From NCBI GenBank assembly GCA_963817895.1, contig CAWFQB010000001.1, forward strand, positions 1,152,001-1,216,000: a DNA stretch of 64,000 nt. The letters run 5' to 3'. Below, piece by piece: positions 21,141 through 30,948 of this stretch. The position numbers and the translations under genes are program-made. The stretch's first letter is position 1; every line of letters starts with the position of its first letter. The notes below the pieces were generated by a model, which was not told where the DNA came from, searched no databases, and saw only the letters and a list, made by a program, of their open reading frames with translations. This DNA is from an uncultured Chthonomonadaceae bacterium (lineage in GTDB: Bacteria; Armatimonadota; Chthonomonadetes; Chthonomonadales; Chthonomonadaceae).

Positions 21141-22990
21141 TAAGATGGGTACAATGCGGTTGCGGCTTCGGCGCGCGCGCCGGTAAAGGTTGCGGGCGCG
21201 TTGTTGCGTCCCGTCGCCTGCTTCCATGCCTGCCAGTTTTCGGGCGTAATCGGCTCGTCGGGACGGAACAATAAATCCTGCGGACTGCCCAACGTTTCCC
21301 GCTGTAACGCCAGCATTTGTACGGCCATGAACGCGGGATGCGACAGCGGAGCGTCAATGTGCCAACTGAGCGCGATGCCATTGGATAGCAACATGCGCTG
21401 ATACTCGCCCCGCGCCGACTTGTCTTCATAAACGGCGCGGGGCGAACGGTTCTGGCGCAGGGCAAAAGTGGCCAGCAGTCCCGCAGACTCGCCTATGTTC
21501 CACTCAATCGGGTGCAGTCGGTACGCGCCATTTGTGAGATGGGTTGTTCCCAAATTTTTACAGGCGGGCAGCAGATTCGTCAGGCGAACCGGAATCAGGG
21601 CGCCGAGTGGAATCTGGAACGGGCGCGTGGCGACATAGTGGTTGGGTTCGCCGTGTCCGTTGGGGTGAATGTCCAGCGCGTAGTGTCCCACGCCAACCGA
21701 GTCCGGCATCCACGCCGCCCGCGCGTTGTCGCCCCGGCACACATTCCCGCTAAAATCCTTGACGACAATCTCCTGTTCTAAAATTGGGCGCAAGGCTTTA
21801 ATGCGCCGCGACTCGCGAATATAGGGTTCGGGCGCGCAGCCGTCATCGGTGTCGAACAGGTCGGTTCGCAGGCGGAATTCGGGATAGCCGTAGGAAGGGA
21901 AAAAGGGGGAAGTCTCGTCTTCTTGTATCTTGTATCTCGTATCTTGTATTTCTTCTTTTCCCTCTCGCGGACACTCTGTTTGCAGCCAGTAGGCGTAGCC
22001 GAGGGAGGCGCGGCGGGCGCGGGAAAGCGTGGCCTGAATTTGCGCCGAATCGCCCGCGCCGGGACCGAGAATGTTGCCGCCATAATAGTCGTTGCCTGCC
22101 GTGTTGATCATGGCAACATCGTGCGGGATGCGCGGATCGTTGAAGTTGTCGCTTGCAAGGATGCGGCGGTACTGCCACCAGGGAGCGCGTCCCGCAAACA
22201 ATCCGGTAATCGCGCCGTGCAGGATTTTGTAATCCTGTAGCGCTTTTAGTTCCGCATAATCGTGTGGAGGTTCGATGACGTTGGTGTCCGCAGTTTCGGG
22301 CGACCATTCGAGGGCAAAGGGGAAGGTGAACGGCTGTACCCAGTGTGGGCGGGGTTCCGGGGGCGCGTCGGGTTCCCCGGTTTCCGATTGTGATTCCGCG
22401 CCAACGACCCAATCTACGCCCTCCTGCCCGCATAAGGCGAGTACATCGCCCAAATCCGTCGCGTCCAGCACATAGCGCGGCGTGAAGCGCAGGGTTTCGC
22501 CGGTTGCGGTTTGCGCGACAACGGCGGCAATCGTGTGGGGCGCGTCCTCCGCCATTTCGCAGGCAGTGACGCGAGTCTCAAACAGGATTTGCAGGCGTCC
22601 TGACGTTTCAAATGGACGCAGCATGTCGCGCAAAATAGCCGCGCCCACCTTCGGCTCGTAACTCAGGCGGCTGACCCAACAACTGCCGGGATTGAGACAC
22701 GCCTGTTCCGCGCCCTTCGCGCTGAGTTGGTAGGTCTGGCTGTAGTGTTCGCGGACGTGGTTCCGAAACTCGGAATAACGCCGCGTGCCGCCGAAGGTTT
22801 CGATATGCTGCTGCTCGTCCGGGGTACAAACGCCCTGCGAGGTGAGCTGCCCGCCAAGCCATGTTCCCACTTCGAGAAGGCATACGGACGCGCCCGCTTC
22901 CGCCGCCGCCAATGCCGCCGCGCATCCGCCCGCGCTTGCCCCCACAATCAGTATATCGCGCTCCATTTGCCGCTGTTGAAAGTTGTCCAT
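21140..22990 (-). CDS. FAD-dependent oxidoreductase
   Basis: DILIVGASAGGCAAA Rossmann motif, WLGGQLTSQG, PYIRESRR, FQIPLGALIP..NLL..KNLGTTH..AYRLHP.EW. Confidence 0.9.
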   Translation of the reverse strand: MDNFQQRQMERDILIVGASAGGCAAALAAAEAGASVCLLEVGTWLGGQLTSQGVCTPDEQQHIETFGGTRRYSEFRNHVREHYSQTYQLSAKGAEQACLNPGSCWVSRLSYEPKVGAAILRDMLRPFETSGRLQILFETRVTACEMAEDAPHTIAAVVAQTATGETLRFTPRYVLDATDLGDVLALCGQEGVDWVVGAESQSETGEPDAPPEPRPHWVQPFTFPFALEWSPETADTNVIEPPHDYAELKALQDYKILHGAITGLFAGRAPWWQYRRILASDNFNDPRIPHDVAMINTAGNDYYGGNILGPGAGDSAQIQATLSRARRASLGYAYWLQTECPREGKEEIQDTRYKIQEDETSPFFPSYGYPEFRLRTDLFDTDDGCAPEPYIRESRRIKALRPILEQEIVVKDFSGNVCRGDNARAAWMPDSVGVGHYALDIHPNGHGEPNHYVATRPFQIPLGALIPVRLTNLLPACKNLGTTHLTNGAYRLHPIEWNIGESAGLLATFALRQNRSPRAVYEDKSARGEYQRMLLSNGIALSWHIDAPLSHPAFMAVQMLALQRETLGSPQDLLFRPDEPITPENWQAWKQATGRNNAPATFTGARAEAATALYPS

Positions 22991-23082
22991 TTCCGCTCCC
23001 GCATTTTCGATTACTCCGCATCCCCTGCTCTCCTATAGGTATACCCGGCGAACGCGCCGAATAGTACAGCATTGCGCGCGTA

Positions 23083-23149
23083 TAGCCTATTTCAACAGGT
23101 TCCCCTTCTCCCAGGCTTTTTTGGGAGAAGGGGTCAGGGGTTGAGGGCT
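23083..23149. repeat. Palindromic repeat of the CCCCTTCTCCC family
   Basis: AGCCTATTTCAACAGG followed by CCCCTTCTCCCAggctttttTGGGAGAAGGGG and TCAGGGGTTGAGGG. Near reverse complement of 63172-63260. Confidence 0.75.
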
Positions 23150-23269
23150 ATTCAGAACAGGGGTTTATAAGCCGTTTGCTTTGCACGTTTCAGGGCCGAG
23201 GAACGTATTTTTATCAGCAATGGCGCGTATACAGAGGCATTTTGGGAAGGAAGAGCAATCGTGGGGACG

Positions 23270-24109
23270 ATGAAATCAGAGTTGCAAGCGGGTTTGACGC
23301 TGCGTTACGGCGCGGACGCGCCCGATGTGAGCGGCGATTCGGGCGCGGAATTGGCGGATACGGTTCTGGCGAGTTTACTGGCGCATAAATCCGTCCGGCG
23401 GTATCAGGCGAAGGAATTGCCGCCGGGTACGCTGGAACTTCTCATTGCCGCCGGTCAAAGCGCGGCTACGTCTTCCAACCTGCAAACGTGGAGCGTGGTC
23501 GCCTTGCAGAATGGGGAACACAAAGCGCGGGCGGCGGAATTATGCGGCAATCAGGACTTTATACGGCAGGCTCCGCTGTTTCTGGTCTTTTGCGCGGATT
23601 TGGCGCGGTTGACGCTTGTTTCCGAACAAGCGGGCTTGCCGGGGGAAGGATTGGACTATCTGGAGATGTTTATCATGGCGACGATTGACGCTGCCCTTGC
23701 CGCGCAGAATGTCGCCGTTGCCGCCGAAGCGCAGGGGTTGGGAATTTGCTACGTGGGCGGCGCCCGTAACAAGCCGCGCGAATTGACGGTTTTGCTGAAC
23801 TTGCCGCCCCGCGTGTTCGCGCTGTTCGGCATGGCGGTCGGATGGCCCGAAGAGGAGAAAGCGGCTGTTGTCAAGCCCCGTCTGCCGCAACCGGCGATAC
23901 TGCATCACGAAACGTATGCGGTGGAAACACAATCCGATGACATAGCGCGTTACAACGAAACGATGCGCCGATTTTACGAGGGGCAGGGCATGAGCGCGCA
24001 GGGCGATTGGTCGCCGCGCTCCGCCCGCCGCGTCGCCACCGCCCAATCCCTCACCGGACGCGATACCCTGCGCCAGTGGTTGCAGGAACATGGCTTTGAA
24101 TTGAAATAG
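23270..24109 (+). CDS. NADPH-dependent nitroreductase / flavin reductase (NfsA/Frp family)
   Basis: HKSVRRY, AGQSAATSSNLQTWSV, GLGICYVGG.RN, VKPRLP. Confidence 0.9.
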   Translation: MKSELQAGLTLRYGADAPDVSGDSGAELADTVLASLLAHKSVRRYQAKELPPGTLELLIAAGQSAATSSNLQTWSVVALQNGEHKARAAELCGNQDFIRQAPLFLVFCADLARLTLVSEQAGLPGEGLDYLEMFIMATIDAALAAQNVAVAAEAQGLGICYVGGARNKPRELTVLLNLPPRVFALFGMAVGWPEEEKAAVVKPRLPQPAILHHETYAVETQSDDIARYNETMRRFYEGQGMSAQGDWSPRSARRVATAQSLTGRDTLRQWLQEHGFELK

Positions 24110-24196
24110 CGAGACAAAGCAGGGACAGAAGAGCCGCAAACAGTGTTGACGGCGTTCTCATAAAGGGGCGCAGAAAACAGGTAAAAGCGAATTGGC

Positions 24197-24229
24197 GCAG
24201 GCGCGACGGATACAATCCGTCGCGCCTGC
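24197..24229. terminator. 15-bp stem hairpin between convergent genes
   Basis: GCAGGCGCGACGGAT-aca-ATCCGTCGCGCCTGC. Confidence 0.6.
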
Positions 24230-24253
24230 TTGCAGGGAAAGGGCCGCAGGAGG

Positions 24254-25353
24254 TTAGGGGGTGTGGTAATAGCCTCCCGCCCAACCAGATGTAGCGCTCA
24301 TTGAGATGCCCTGTCCGCCGCTGGCGGTGGCTTCGTAGCCGCTGGCCGTGTTATGATAGCCGCCGCTGACGGTACTGATGGTACCACTGGCCGTATTGCC
24401 GAAGCCGCCGCTGACGGAGGATTCCGCGCCGTTGGCCGTGTTATAATAGCCGCCGCTGACGGAACTGGCTAAACCGCTGGCGGTGTTGGCATAGCCGCCA
24501 CAGATGGAATACGAGCCGGTAGCATTGTTGTAAATGCCGCCCATGATGGTAGAGGCCCAATCGCTGCTGGCTGTGTTCTGCATGCCGCCAAGAATGGAAC
24601 TATACTGGCCGTTCGCAATGTTCTTGTAGCCACCGCTGATGGAAGCGACGGGAGCGCTGGCGGTATTCTCTCGCCCGCCGCTCACGCTGGCCGCGAAGTT
24701 GCCAGCCGTATTGATATATCCCCCGCTCACGCTGGCACAGGGGCCGCTGGCGATGTTGTTCTGTCCGCCGCTGACAAAGGAACATGTGCCGGTCGCCTGA
24801 TCGCCGATGCCGGCAATGACACAGGCGTCCATATTGGAGATGCTGCTGTAGTAACCGCTGACAATGCCGCCATAACTGCTATAGTTGTTGTAATCGCCTA
24901 AAACCAGATTGTGGCTGCCAGTGCGAATGTCGCCGGTGCCTCGCAGCCAACTGTAGCCGATGATAATGTTACCTAATCCCTCTCCCCGGGCGTTGGCAAC
25001 GAGGTTGCCATTGCTGCCGCCGCCATCGTTGACAACCAGGTTGCAGCCGCTGAATGTGGTAGACTGCGCGGTTGTATCCACGCTCATGTACTGCGTTCTG
25101 GCCTCCACAACGCTCAGGCGGGCATCCAGGCCGGCAAGCGTCAGGCCCATATCCTGCGCGATGGCCGCCCGATTGCCGGGGACGCGAATACGGCGGCGAG
25201 GAAAGCGGTGAAGGCAAGGCCGGACTGTATGCGCAGTTTGCGGCGTTCGCGGTTGCCGCGGGTTTCCATCGCGTTCATGCGAATATGGAGTTCCGTGTTG
25301 GCCTGTTCCAGACGGTTCACGCTGACGGCAAGTTGTTCGATTTGTGTGTTCAT
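24254..25353 (-). CDS. Gly/Ser-rich repeat protein (14-residue SVSGG..NTASG repeats), frameshift near 25170
   Basis: N-terminal coiled coil plus hydrophobic segment (25141..25353) continuing into ORF 24254..25150 with about 11 repeats. Confidence 0.8.
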
Positions 25354-25419
25354 TACCAGTAGCCTTTCGTTAGAAGAGAAGGGTAGAATATTTTTCTACA
25401 GAGAGTTGCAAACAGTGAG

Positions 25420-26216
25420 TTACAGGCGATGCGTGGCGAATTTGCTACGCCGGATTGCCAGCAGCGCGCCGGTCACGCCCATGCCTGCAAGGAGGGCGAG
25501 ACTGCCGGGTTCGGGCGTAGAGGCGACCAGACTGATGTCGTCCACTTCGGCAAAGCGCAGGCGGTAGGATTGTCCGGGCTGAAGGATGCCGAACAGATTG
25601 AAGCTGTAATTCGTGTAAGCATTGGGAATCAGGTTGCCGTTGACATCGAACGCGCCGGGGTCTACGTTGAGGTACAGGCTGTCCACGACATCAGCGGCGG
25701 ACGTGGACAGGTTCCCCGCGCCCGCCCGCAGAATGTCCACGCGGGCATGCTGGTTGTCATTGGGCTGCGCAAGGCCGCCGGTCGTGTAGTCCAGGCCGGA
25801 CGGGTCTACGATGGGGCCGATGCCCGATGATCGTTGACGAACATCTGAAACGTGAGTTGCAGGACGGGCGAATCGCTTGGGATCGTAAAATTTTGCAGCA
25901 GAGCGTGGGCGCCGGGCAAATCGGCGGTGGAAACAGCGTAGAAGTTGCCGCCCGCCGCGTTGGGAGCAGTGGTGAAGGTGACGCCATTCACGGTCGGGGT
26001 ATTGGCTCCGGGCGCGCTGATGTAGAAATGGTCGGCATTGGCCGTGTCGGACGGGTTGAGTTGGTTCGCCAGCGTAAAGCCCGCGAACGTTCCGCTTTCA
26101 AAGCCGCCGTTGGTGATGAGTTGTATCTGCGCGTGGCTGCGCAGGGGCGCGGCAAGGCCGAGCAGGGCCAGAGCAAGAGCAAAGCGCGAACCCGAAAACA
26201 GGCTGGATTTAAACAT
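25420..26216 (-). CDS. PEP-CTERM protein, frameshifted
   Basis: Signal peptide, LITNGGFESG, C-terminal TPEPGSLALL..IRR. Split between ORFs 25806..26216 and 25420..25740. Confidence 0.85.
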
Positions 26217-26366
26217 CAGTCGTTCTCCCTGTGGTTGTAAAGGCTGTATTTTTTAAGGCGTCGCGTAGGTTTCACCGGATCGCGCCGAAAAGCAATCCTG
26301 CGCGATTTCGGATTAGGAAAATCAAAACAGGAGCCGGTAAATCGTCTTCAGGAACGTTATAACCGC

Positions 26367-26390
26367 GAAACGTGGCATGAAACGTGTCAT
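26367..26390. promoter_or_regulatory. Tandem 12-bp direct repeat GAAACGTG(G/T)CAT, candidate binding site of the BTAD regulator
   Basis: Two adjacent copies in the divergent promoter region. Confidence 0.35.
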
Positions 26391-26469
26391 AAATCTGACT
26401 AAATCGTACAGGGAAGAAATATCTGCGCCAAAAGTGGTATTTTTGTTATGAAAGGGGAAACGCGCCGGT

Positions 26470-29400
26470 ATGAGCAGCGAACCGCCCGCGCTGAAAATTT
26501 GTATGTTTGGAGCCATGTCCGTCGAAGTGGACGGCATCCTCGTCAGCGCAAAGTTAGCCCGCAAGGAACTCTGGCTGCTGGCGATCCTTGCGCTGCGGGC
26601 GGGGCGGGCCGTGCCGCGCGACACGTTGAGCGGAATGTTGTGGCCGGAGTGCGAGGAGGAGCAGGGATTGTACAACCTGCGGCGTTCCCTGACGCGGCTG
26701 AAAAGCGCGTTGGGCAGTCAAGGGGATTGCATACAGCAGGTGAAACCCCGCTCTCTCGTGTTTGCCGCGTTGCCCGCCTGTGTGGACGCGCTGGAATTCG
26801 ACCGGCTCACGGTGAGCGGGGAACGCTGTCTGCTGGCGCAGGCGGTAAGCCTGTGTTCCGGTCCGTTGCTGCAAAATTGCTATGAGGAGTGGGCGCAGTC
26901 GGAACGCCTGCCACACGAATTCGCCTATCAGAAAGCGCTGGAAACGCTCGCGACCGACGCGCTTACGCGGGGCGAGTGGCTGGAAGCGGAAAAATACTGC
27001 CGCCTGCACATCGCCGCCAACCCGCTTCAGGAGCAGGCGCACCGGCTGCTGATGCAGGCGCTTGCCAAAAGTGGCAACCATGCGGCGGCAACGCAGGCGT
27101 ACCGGGATTTGCGCGTCCGCCTGCGCGAAGAGATCAACGCGGAACCCGACCCCGAAACCCTCGCCTGCTACGAGGCCATCCGGCAAACCGCGCGGCAGGC
27201 GGTTCCTGTCCCGGCCAAAGCCGCCCCACTGCCCCCCGCGCCTGTCCACGCGCCCCGTTCCATCGCGCTGCCGCAGCCCCTGACTCGGCTGATCGGGCGC
27301 GACCTGGAGGTTCTCGAAGCCTGCGGTCATCTGTCCGCTTCCCGGCTAGTCACCCTGTTGGGCGCGGGCGGCGTGGGTAAAACGCGGCTTTCGATAGAGG
27401 TCGCGCGGCGAACGGCGGAGCGCATGGCGGACGGCGCGATTTTTGTAGAACTGGCGGCGCTGAGTAAAGACGCCCTCCCCATCACTGCCCTTGCCCGGAC
27501 GCTGGGAGTGACGGAAACGCCCGGAGAACCCCTGCTGACCACGCTGACGCAGGTGTTGCAGGATCAGGAGAAACTGATTGTTCTGGATAACTGCGAACAT
27601 CTGCGCCGGTCCTGCGCCGAACTCGCCCACGCCCTGCTGACCGCCTGCCCGCGCCTGCGCATCCTGACGACAAGCCGACAGGCGCTGGGCCTGCCGGGTG
27701 AAATCGTGTGGCGGGTTCCGTCCCTGCCCACGCCCCCCGCCATCTCTGCGGACGAGTTTCATAGCGCTTTGAAACAGGACGACACGCTGGACTACGCTTC
27801 CGTGCAGCTGTTTCTGGAGCGCGTCATGCAGACGTATCCCGAATTCCGGCTGTCCCCGACCCTTCTGCCCTGCATCGGCCAGATCTGCCGCCGACTGGAC
27901 GGTATTCCGCTCGCCATCGAACTCGCGGCGTACCGGGCGCGTTCGCTCTCTCTTGAAAAGATCGCCAGCCGCCTGACCGACCGATTTCATCTGCTCACGG
28001 GCGGAGGAACGGCTTCGCTGCCCCGCCAGCAGACCCTTCGCGCCCTGATTGATTGGAGCTACTCCCTTCTGGAACCGGACGAACAGCAACTCTTCGCCCG
28101 TCTGTCCGTGTTTTCCGGCGGCTGGACCCTGGAAGCGGCGGAATCTCTATACGAGGAGAAAGGAGAAAGGAGAAAGGAAAAAGCCGGACCGCAGTTACTT
28201 TCTCCTTTTTCCCTTCTCCTTTCTCCTCTCGATGTACTGACTTCCCTTGTGGATAAGTCGCTGGTAGGGTACGAATGGCGGGAGGAGGGGGGACGGTACT
28301 TTTTTCTGGAATCTATCCGCGAGTATGCGCGTGAACGATTGGAGGAGGCCGGGGAATGGGAACAAATCCGGCAGCAGCACGCCTACTATTACAGCGACAT
28401 GGCGGTGGAAACCGAACCCCTGCTGCTCGGCCCACAGCAGGGCGAACTGCTGGAAATGCTGGAACGGGAACACGACAATATGCGGGCGGTTCTGGCATGG
28501 GGGCAGGAGAGTGTGGCCGGAGCCGCGCCCGCGTTCCGGCTGGCGTCGCGATTGTGGCGATTCTGGATGCAGCGGGGGTATTTTCGGGAAGGTCGGGAGC
28601 ATTTGCAACGAGTTCTGGAAAACCCGCATAGTCCTGAAGACGCGGATTTGCGCTGTCGCGCATTGAATGGGGCGGGGATGCTGGCGTACCGCATGGGGGA
28701 TTTCGCCCCGGCCCGCGCTCTGCTGGAAGACAGCCTCGCAGTTGCGCGAGCCGCAGGCGACAATCGGGGCAGCGCCGCCGCGTTCGCCAATCTGGGACAC
28801 ATTCCCGCCGGACAGGGGCAGTATCAGGAGGCGCGGGAAATGTACGCGGAAGCGCTCCAATTGTATCGAAAAGAGCAAAACGAGTCCGGCACGGCCTACT
28901 CGCTGCTCAATCTTGGGAACGTAGCCTTGTCCCTGAGCGAATACTCGGACGCGCAGGCGCGTTATGAGGAGGCGCTGACACTGTTTCGGCGCATCGGGGA
29001 TGGGGGCGGGGAACTGCTCACGCTCGGTAACCTCGGCTGGTGTTCATTGATACAGGAAGACTGGCGGCGAGCGACAACGTATGGCGAACAGGCTCTGACC
29101 CTGTGCCGCCAACTGAAACGTTTGGAGGGGGAGGCGCTTTACCTGCCCATTTTAGGAGCCTCCTGCGAAATGACGGGCGAAATGGCGCGGGCGCGGCAGT
29201 GCTATTTACAGGCGCTGGAAGTCTCGCTGAAACTGGGCGATAAACGGACGCTGGCGGCCACGCTGGAAACGCTGGCGGCGTACTATCTGCGTCTGGAAGA
29301 AGATGCGCAGGCCACCCGGTATCTGGGCTGTACCGATACGGGATACGCTCGCATCGGCATGAGCCGCTCCCTCCGAGAACAGCAGAACCGAGACGAAGCA

Positions 29401-29508
29401 TTCGCCACTCTGCGCGCCCGCCTGGGTGAGGAACCTTTTGCCGCCTGTTTTGCGCAGGGACAGCAACTCTCGATGGAAGATTTGGCCCGCGAAGCCGTTT
29501 CAGAGTAA
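26470..29508 (+). CDS. AfsR/SARP-like BTAD + STAND ATPase + TPR regulator
   Basis: N-terminal wHTH/BTAD (LAILAL..RDTL..LWP, E.AHRLLM), Walker A GAGGVGKT, LDNCEH, RLDGIPLAIELAA, TPRs. Confidence 0.92.
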   Translation: MSSEPPALKICMFGAMSVEVDGILVSAKLARKELWLLAILALRAGRAVPRDTLSGMLWPECEEEQGLYNLRRSLTRLKSALGSQGDCIQQVKPRSLVFAALPACVDALEFDRLTVSGERCLLAQAVSLCSGPLLQNCYEEWAQSERLPHEFAYQKALETLATDALTRGEWLEAEKYCRLHIAANPLQEQAHRLLMQALAKSGNHAAATQAYRDLRVRLREEINAEPDPETLACYEAIRQTARQAVPVPAKAAPLPPAPVHAPRSIALPQPLTRLIGRDLEVLEACGHLSASRLVTLLGAGGVGKTRLSIEVARRTAERMADGAIFVELAALSKDALPITALARTLGVTETPGEPLLTTLTQVLQDQEKLIVLDNCEHLRRSCAELAHALLTACPRLRILTTSRQALGLPGEIVWRVPSLPTPPAISADEFHSALKQDDTLDYASVQLFLERVMQTYPEFRLSPTLLPCIGQICRRLDGIPLAIELAAYRARSLSLEKIASRLTDRFHLLTGGGTASLPRQQTLRALIDWSYSLLEPDEQQLFARLSVFSGGWTLEAAESLYEEKGERRKEKAGPQLLSPFSLLLSPLDVLTSLVDKSLVGYEWREEGGRYFFLESIREYARERLEEAGEWEQIRQQHAYYYSDMAVETEPLLLGPQQGELLEMLEREHDNMRAVLAWGQESVAGAAPAFRLASRLWRFWMQRGYFREGREHLQRVLENPHSPEDADLRCRALNGAGMLAYRMGDFAPARALLEDSLAVARAAGDNRGSAAAFANLGHIPAGQGQYQEAREMYAEALQLYRKEQNESGTAYSLLNLGNVALSLSEYSDAQARYEEALTLFRRIGDGGGELLTLGNLGWCSLIQEDWRRATTYGEQALTLCRQLKRLEGEALYLPILGASCEMTGEMARARQCYLQALEVSLKLGDKRTLAATLETLAAYYLRLEEDAQATRYLGCTDTGYARIGMSRSLREQQNRDEAFATLRARLGEEPFAACFAQGQQLSMEDLAREAVSE

Positions 29509-29511
29509 TCA

Positions 29512-30867
29512 ATGCCACTTTCACAAGACGACAATCTGTTCGGAACGGAAGAGACGGTTGCGCCCGCTTCTGTTTCAGACGTTGACCCCAATGCGCCCCT
29601 TGCCGCCCGGATGCGCCCGCGAACGCTGGACGAGTTTGCGGGGCAGGAGGGCGTTGTCGGGCCGGGAACGGGACTGCGCCGCGCCATTGAGAACGACCAA
29701 CTAACTTCCGTGCTGTTGTGGGGGCCACCGGGAACCGGCAAGTCTACCCTCGCCGAAATCATTGCCCGAACCACGCGCGCCCATTTTGAGAAACTCAATT
29801 CCACAACCAGCGGCGTGGCGGATGCGCGCAAAGTGATTGAGGCAGCGAAAGAACGGCGGCGCAAACTGCACCGCAAAACCATTCTGTTCGTGGATGAGAT
29901 TCACCGCTGGAACAAGGCGCAGCAGGACGCGCTTCTGCCGCACGTCGAGGATGGAACCGTCGTTCTGATCGGCGCGACAACGGAAAACCCGTACTTTGAG
30001 GTGAACGCGCCCCTGCTGTCCCGTTCGCGTTTGTTTCGGTTCGAGCGGCTGTCCGAAGACGCGGTAAAACAACTGCTGACCCGCGCCCTGACCGATGCGG
30101 AGCGCGGGTTGGGACAACTCCATATCGAAGCGGACGCGGACGCCTTGAACTTTCTGGCGCAGATTTCGGGCGGGGATGCGCGGCGGGCGTTGAGCGCGCT
30201 GGATTCCGCCGCGCAGTCGCTTACGCCCGCCGCGAACGAACAGCGCCATTTAACTTTAGCCTTAGCCGAAGAGGGGGCGCAGGCGCGTTCGGTCGCGTAT
30301 GACCGGGACGGGGATGAGCATTACGACACCGTTTCCGCCTTTATCAAGTCCATGCGCGGTTCCGATCCCGATGGGGCATTGTACTGGCTCGCCAAAATGC
30401 TGCTTGCGGGCGAAGATGTCAAGTTTATCGCCCGCCGACTGGTGATTCTCGCCAGTGAAGATGTGGGCAATGCCGACCCTATGGCCCTCGTTGTCGCGAA
30501 CGCCGCCGTTCAAACAGTGATGTTTGTCGGGATGCCCGAAGCGCAATTAACCCTTTCGCAGGCCGTCACCTATCTTGCCTGCGCGCCCAAAAGCAACGCC
30601 GCCACCATTGCCATCGGGCGGGCTATGGAAACCATCAAAACGCAGGGCGCGCTTCCCGTTCCCATCCACCTGCGCGACAGCCACTATCCCGGCGCGAAAC
30701 GTCTGGGACACGGCAACGGCTACCTCTACCCGCACGATTTCCCCAACCACCACGTTGCGCAGCAATACCTCCCCGACGGCGTAACCGGACCCCCCTTTTA
30801 TGAGCCGACCGAAGAGGGCAAAGAGGCCGAACTAAAGCAGCGCATGGCCGAGCGCGAAACTTCCTGA
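29512..30867 (+). CDS. rarA: Replication-associated recombination protein A (RarA/MgsA)
   Basis: PLAARMRP, GPPGTGKST, DEIHRWNKAQQD, ATTENP, SAFIKSMRGSDPD. Confidence 0.95.
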   Translation: MPLSQDDNLFGTEETVAPASVSDVDPNAPLAARMRPRTLDEFAGQEGVVGPGTGLRRAIENDQLTSVLLWGPPGTGKSTLAEIIARTTRAHFEKLNSTTSGVADARKVIEAAKERRRKLHRKTILFVDEIHRWNKAQQDALLPHVEDGTVVLIGATTENPYFEVNAPLLSRSRLFRFERLSEDAVKQLLTRALTDAERGLGQLHIEADADALNFLAQISGGDARRALSALDSAAQSLTPAANEQRHLTLALAEEGAQARSVAYDRDGDEHYDTVSAFIKSMRGSDPDGALYWLAKMLLAGEDVKFIARRLVILASEDVGNADPMALVVANAAVQTVMFVGMPEAQLTLSQAVTYLACAPKSNAATIAIGRAMETIKTQGALPVPIHLRDSHYPGAKRLGHGNGYLYPHDFPNHHVAQQYLPDGVTGPPFYEPTEEGKEAELKQRMAERETS

Positions 30868-30948
30868 CCGTTGCTATAAAACCGCGCCGGAAATTTGTAC
30901 GTCAATTTTGACATACGTTGAATCTGACGTACACGGTATAATGACACC

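Noticed and set aside
24254..24900. Diversity-generating retroelement or DNA repeat array
   Set aside because: The repeats are protein-level 42-bp codon repeats. There is no reverse transcriptase and no adenine-specific template/variable pair.
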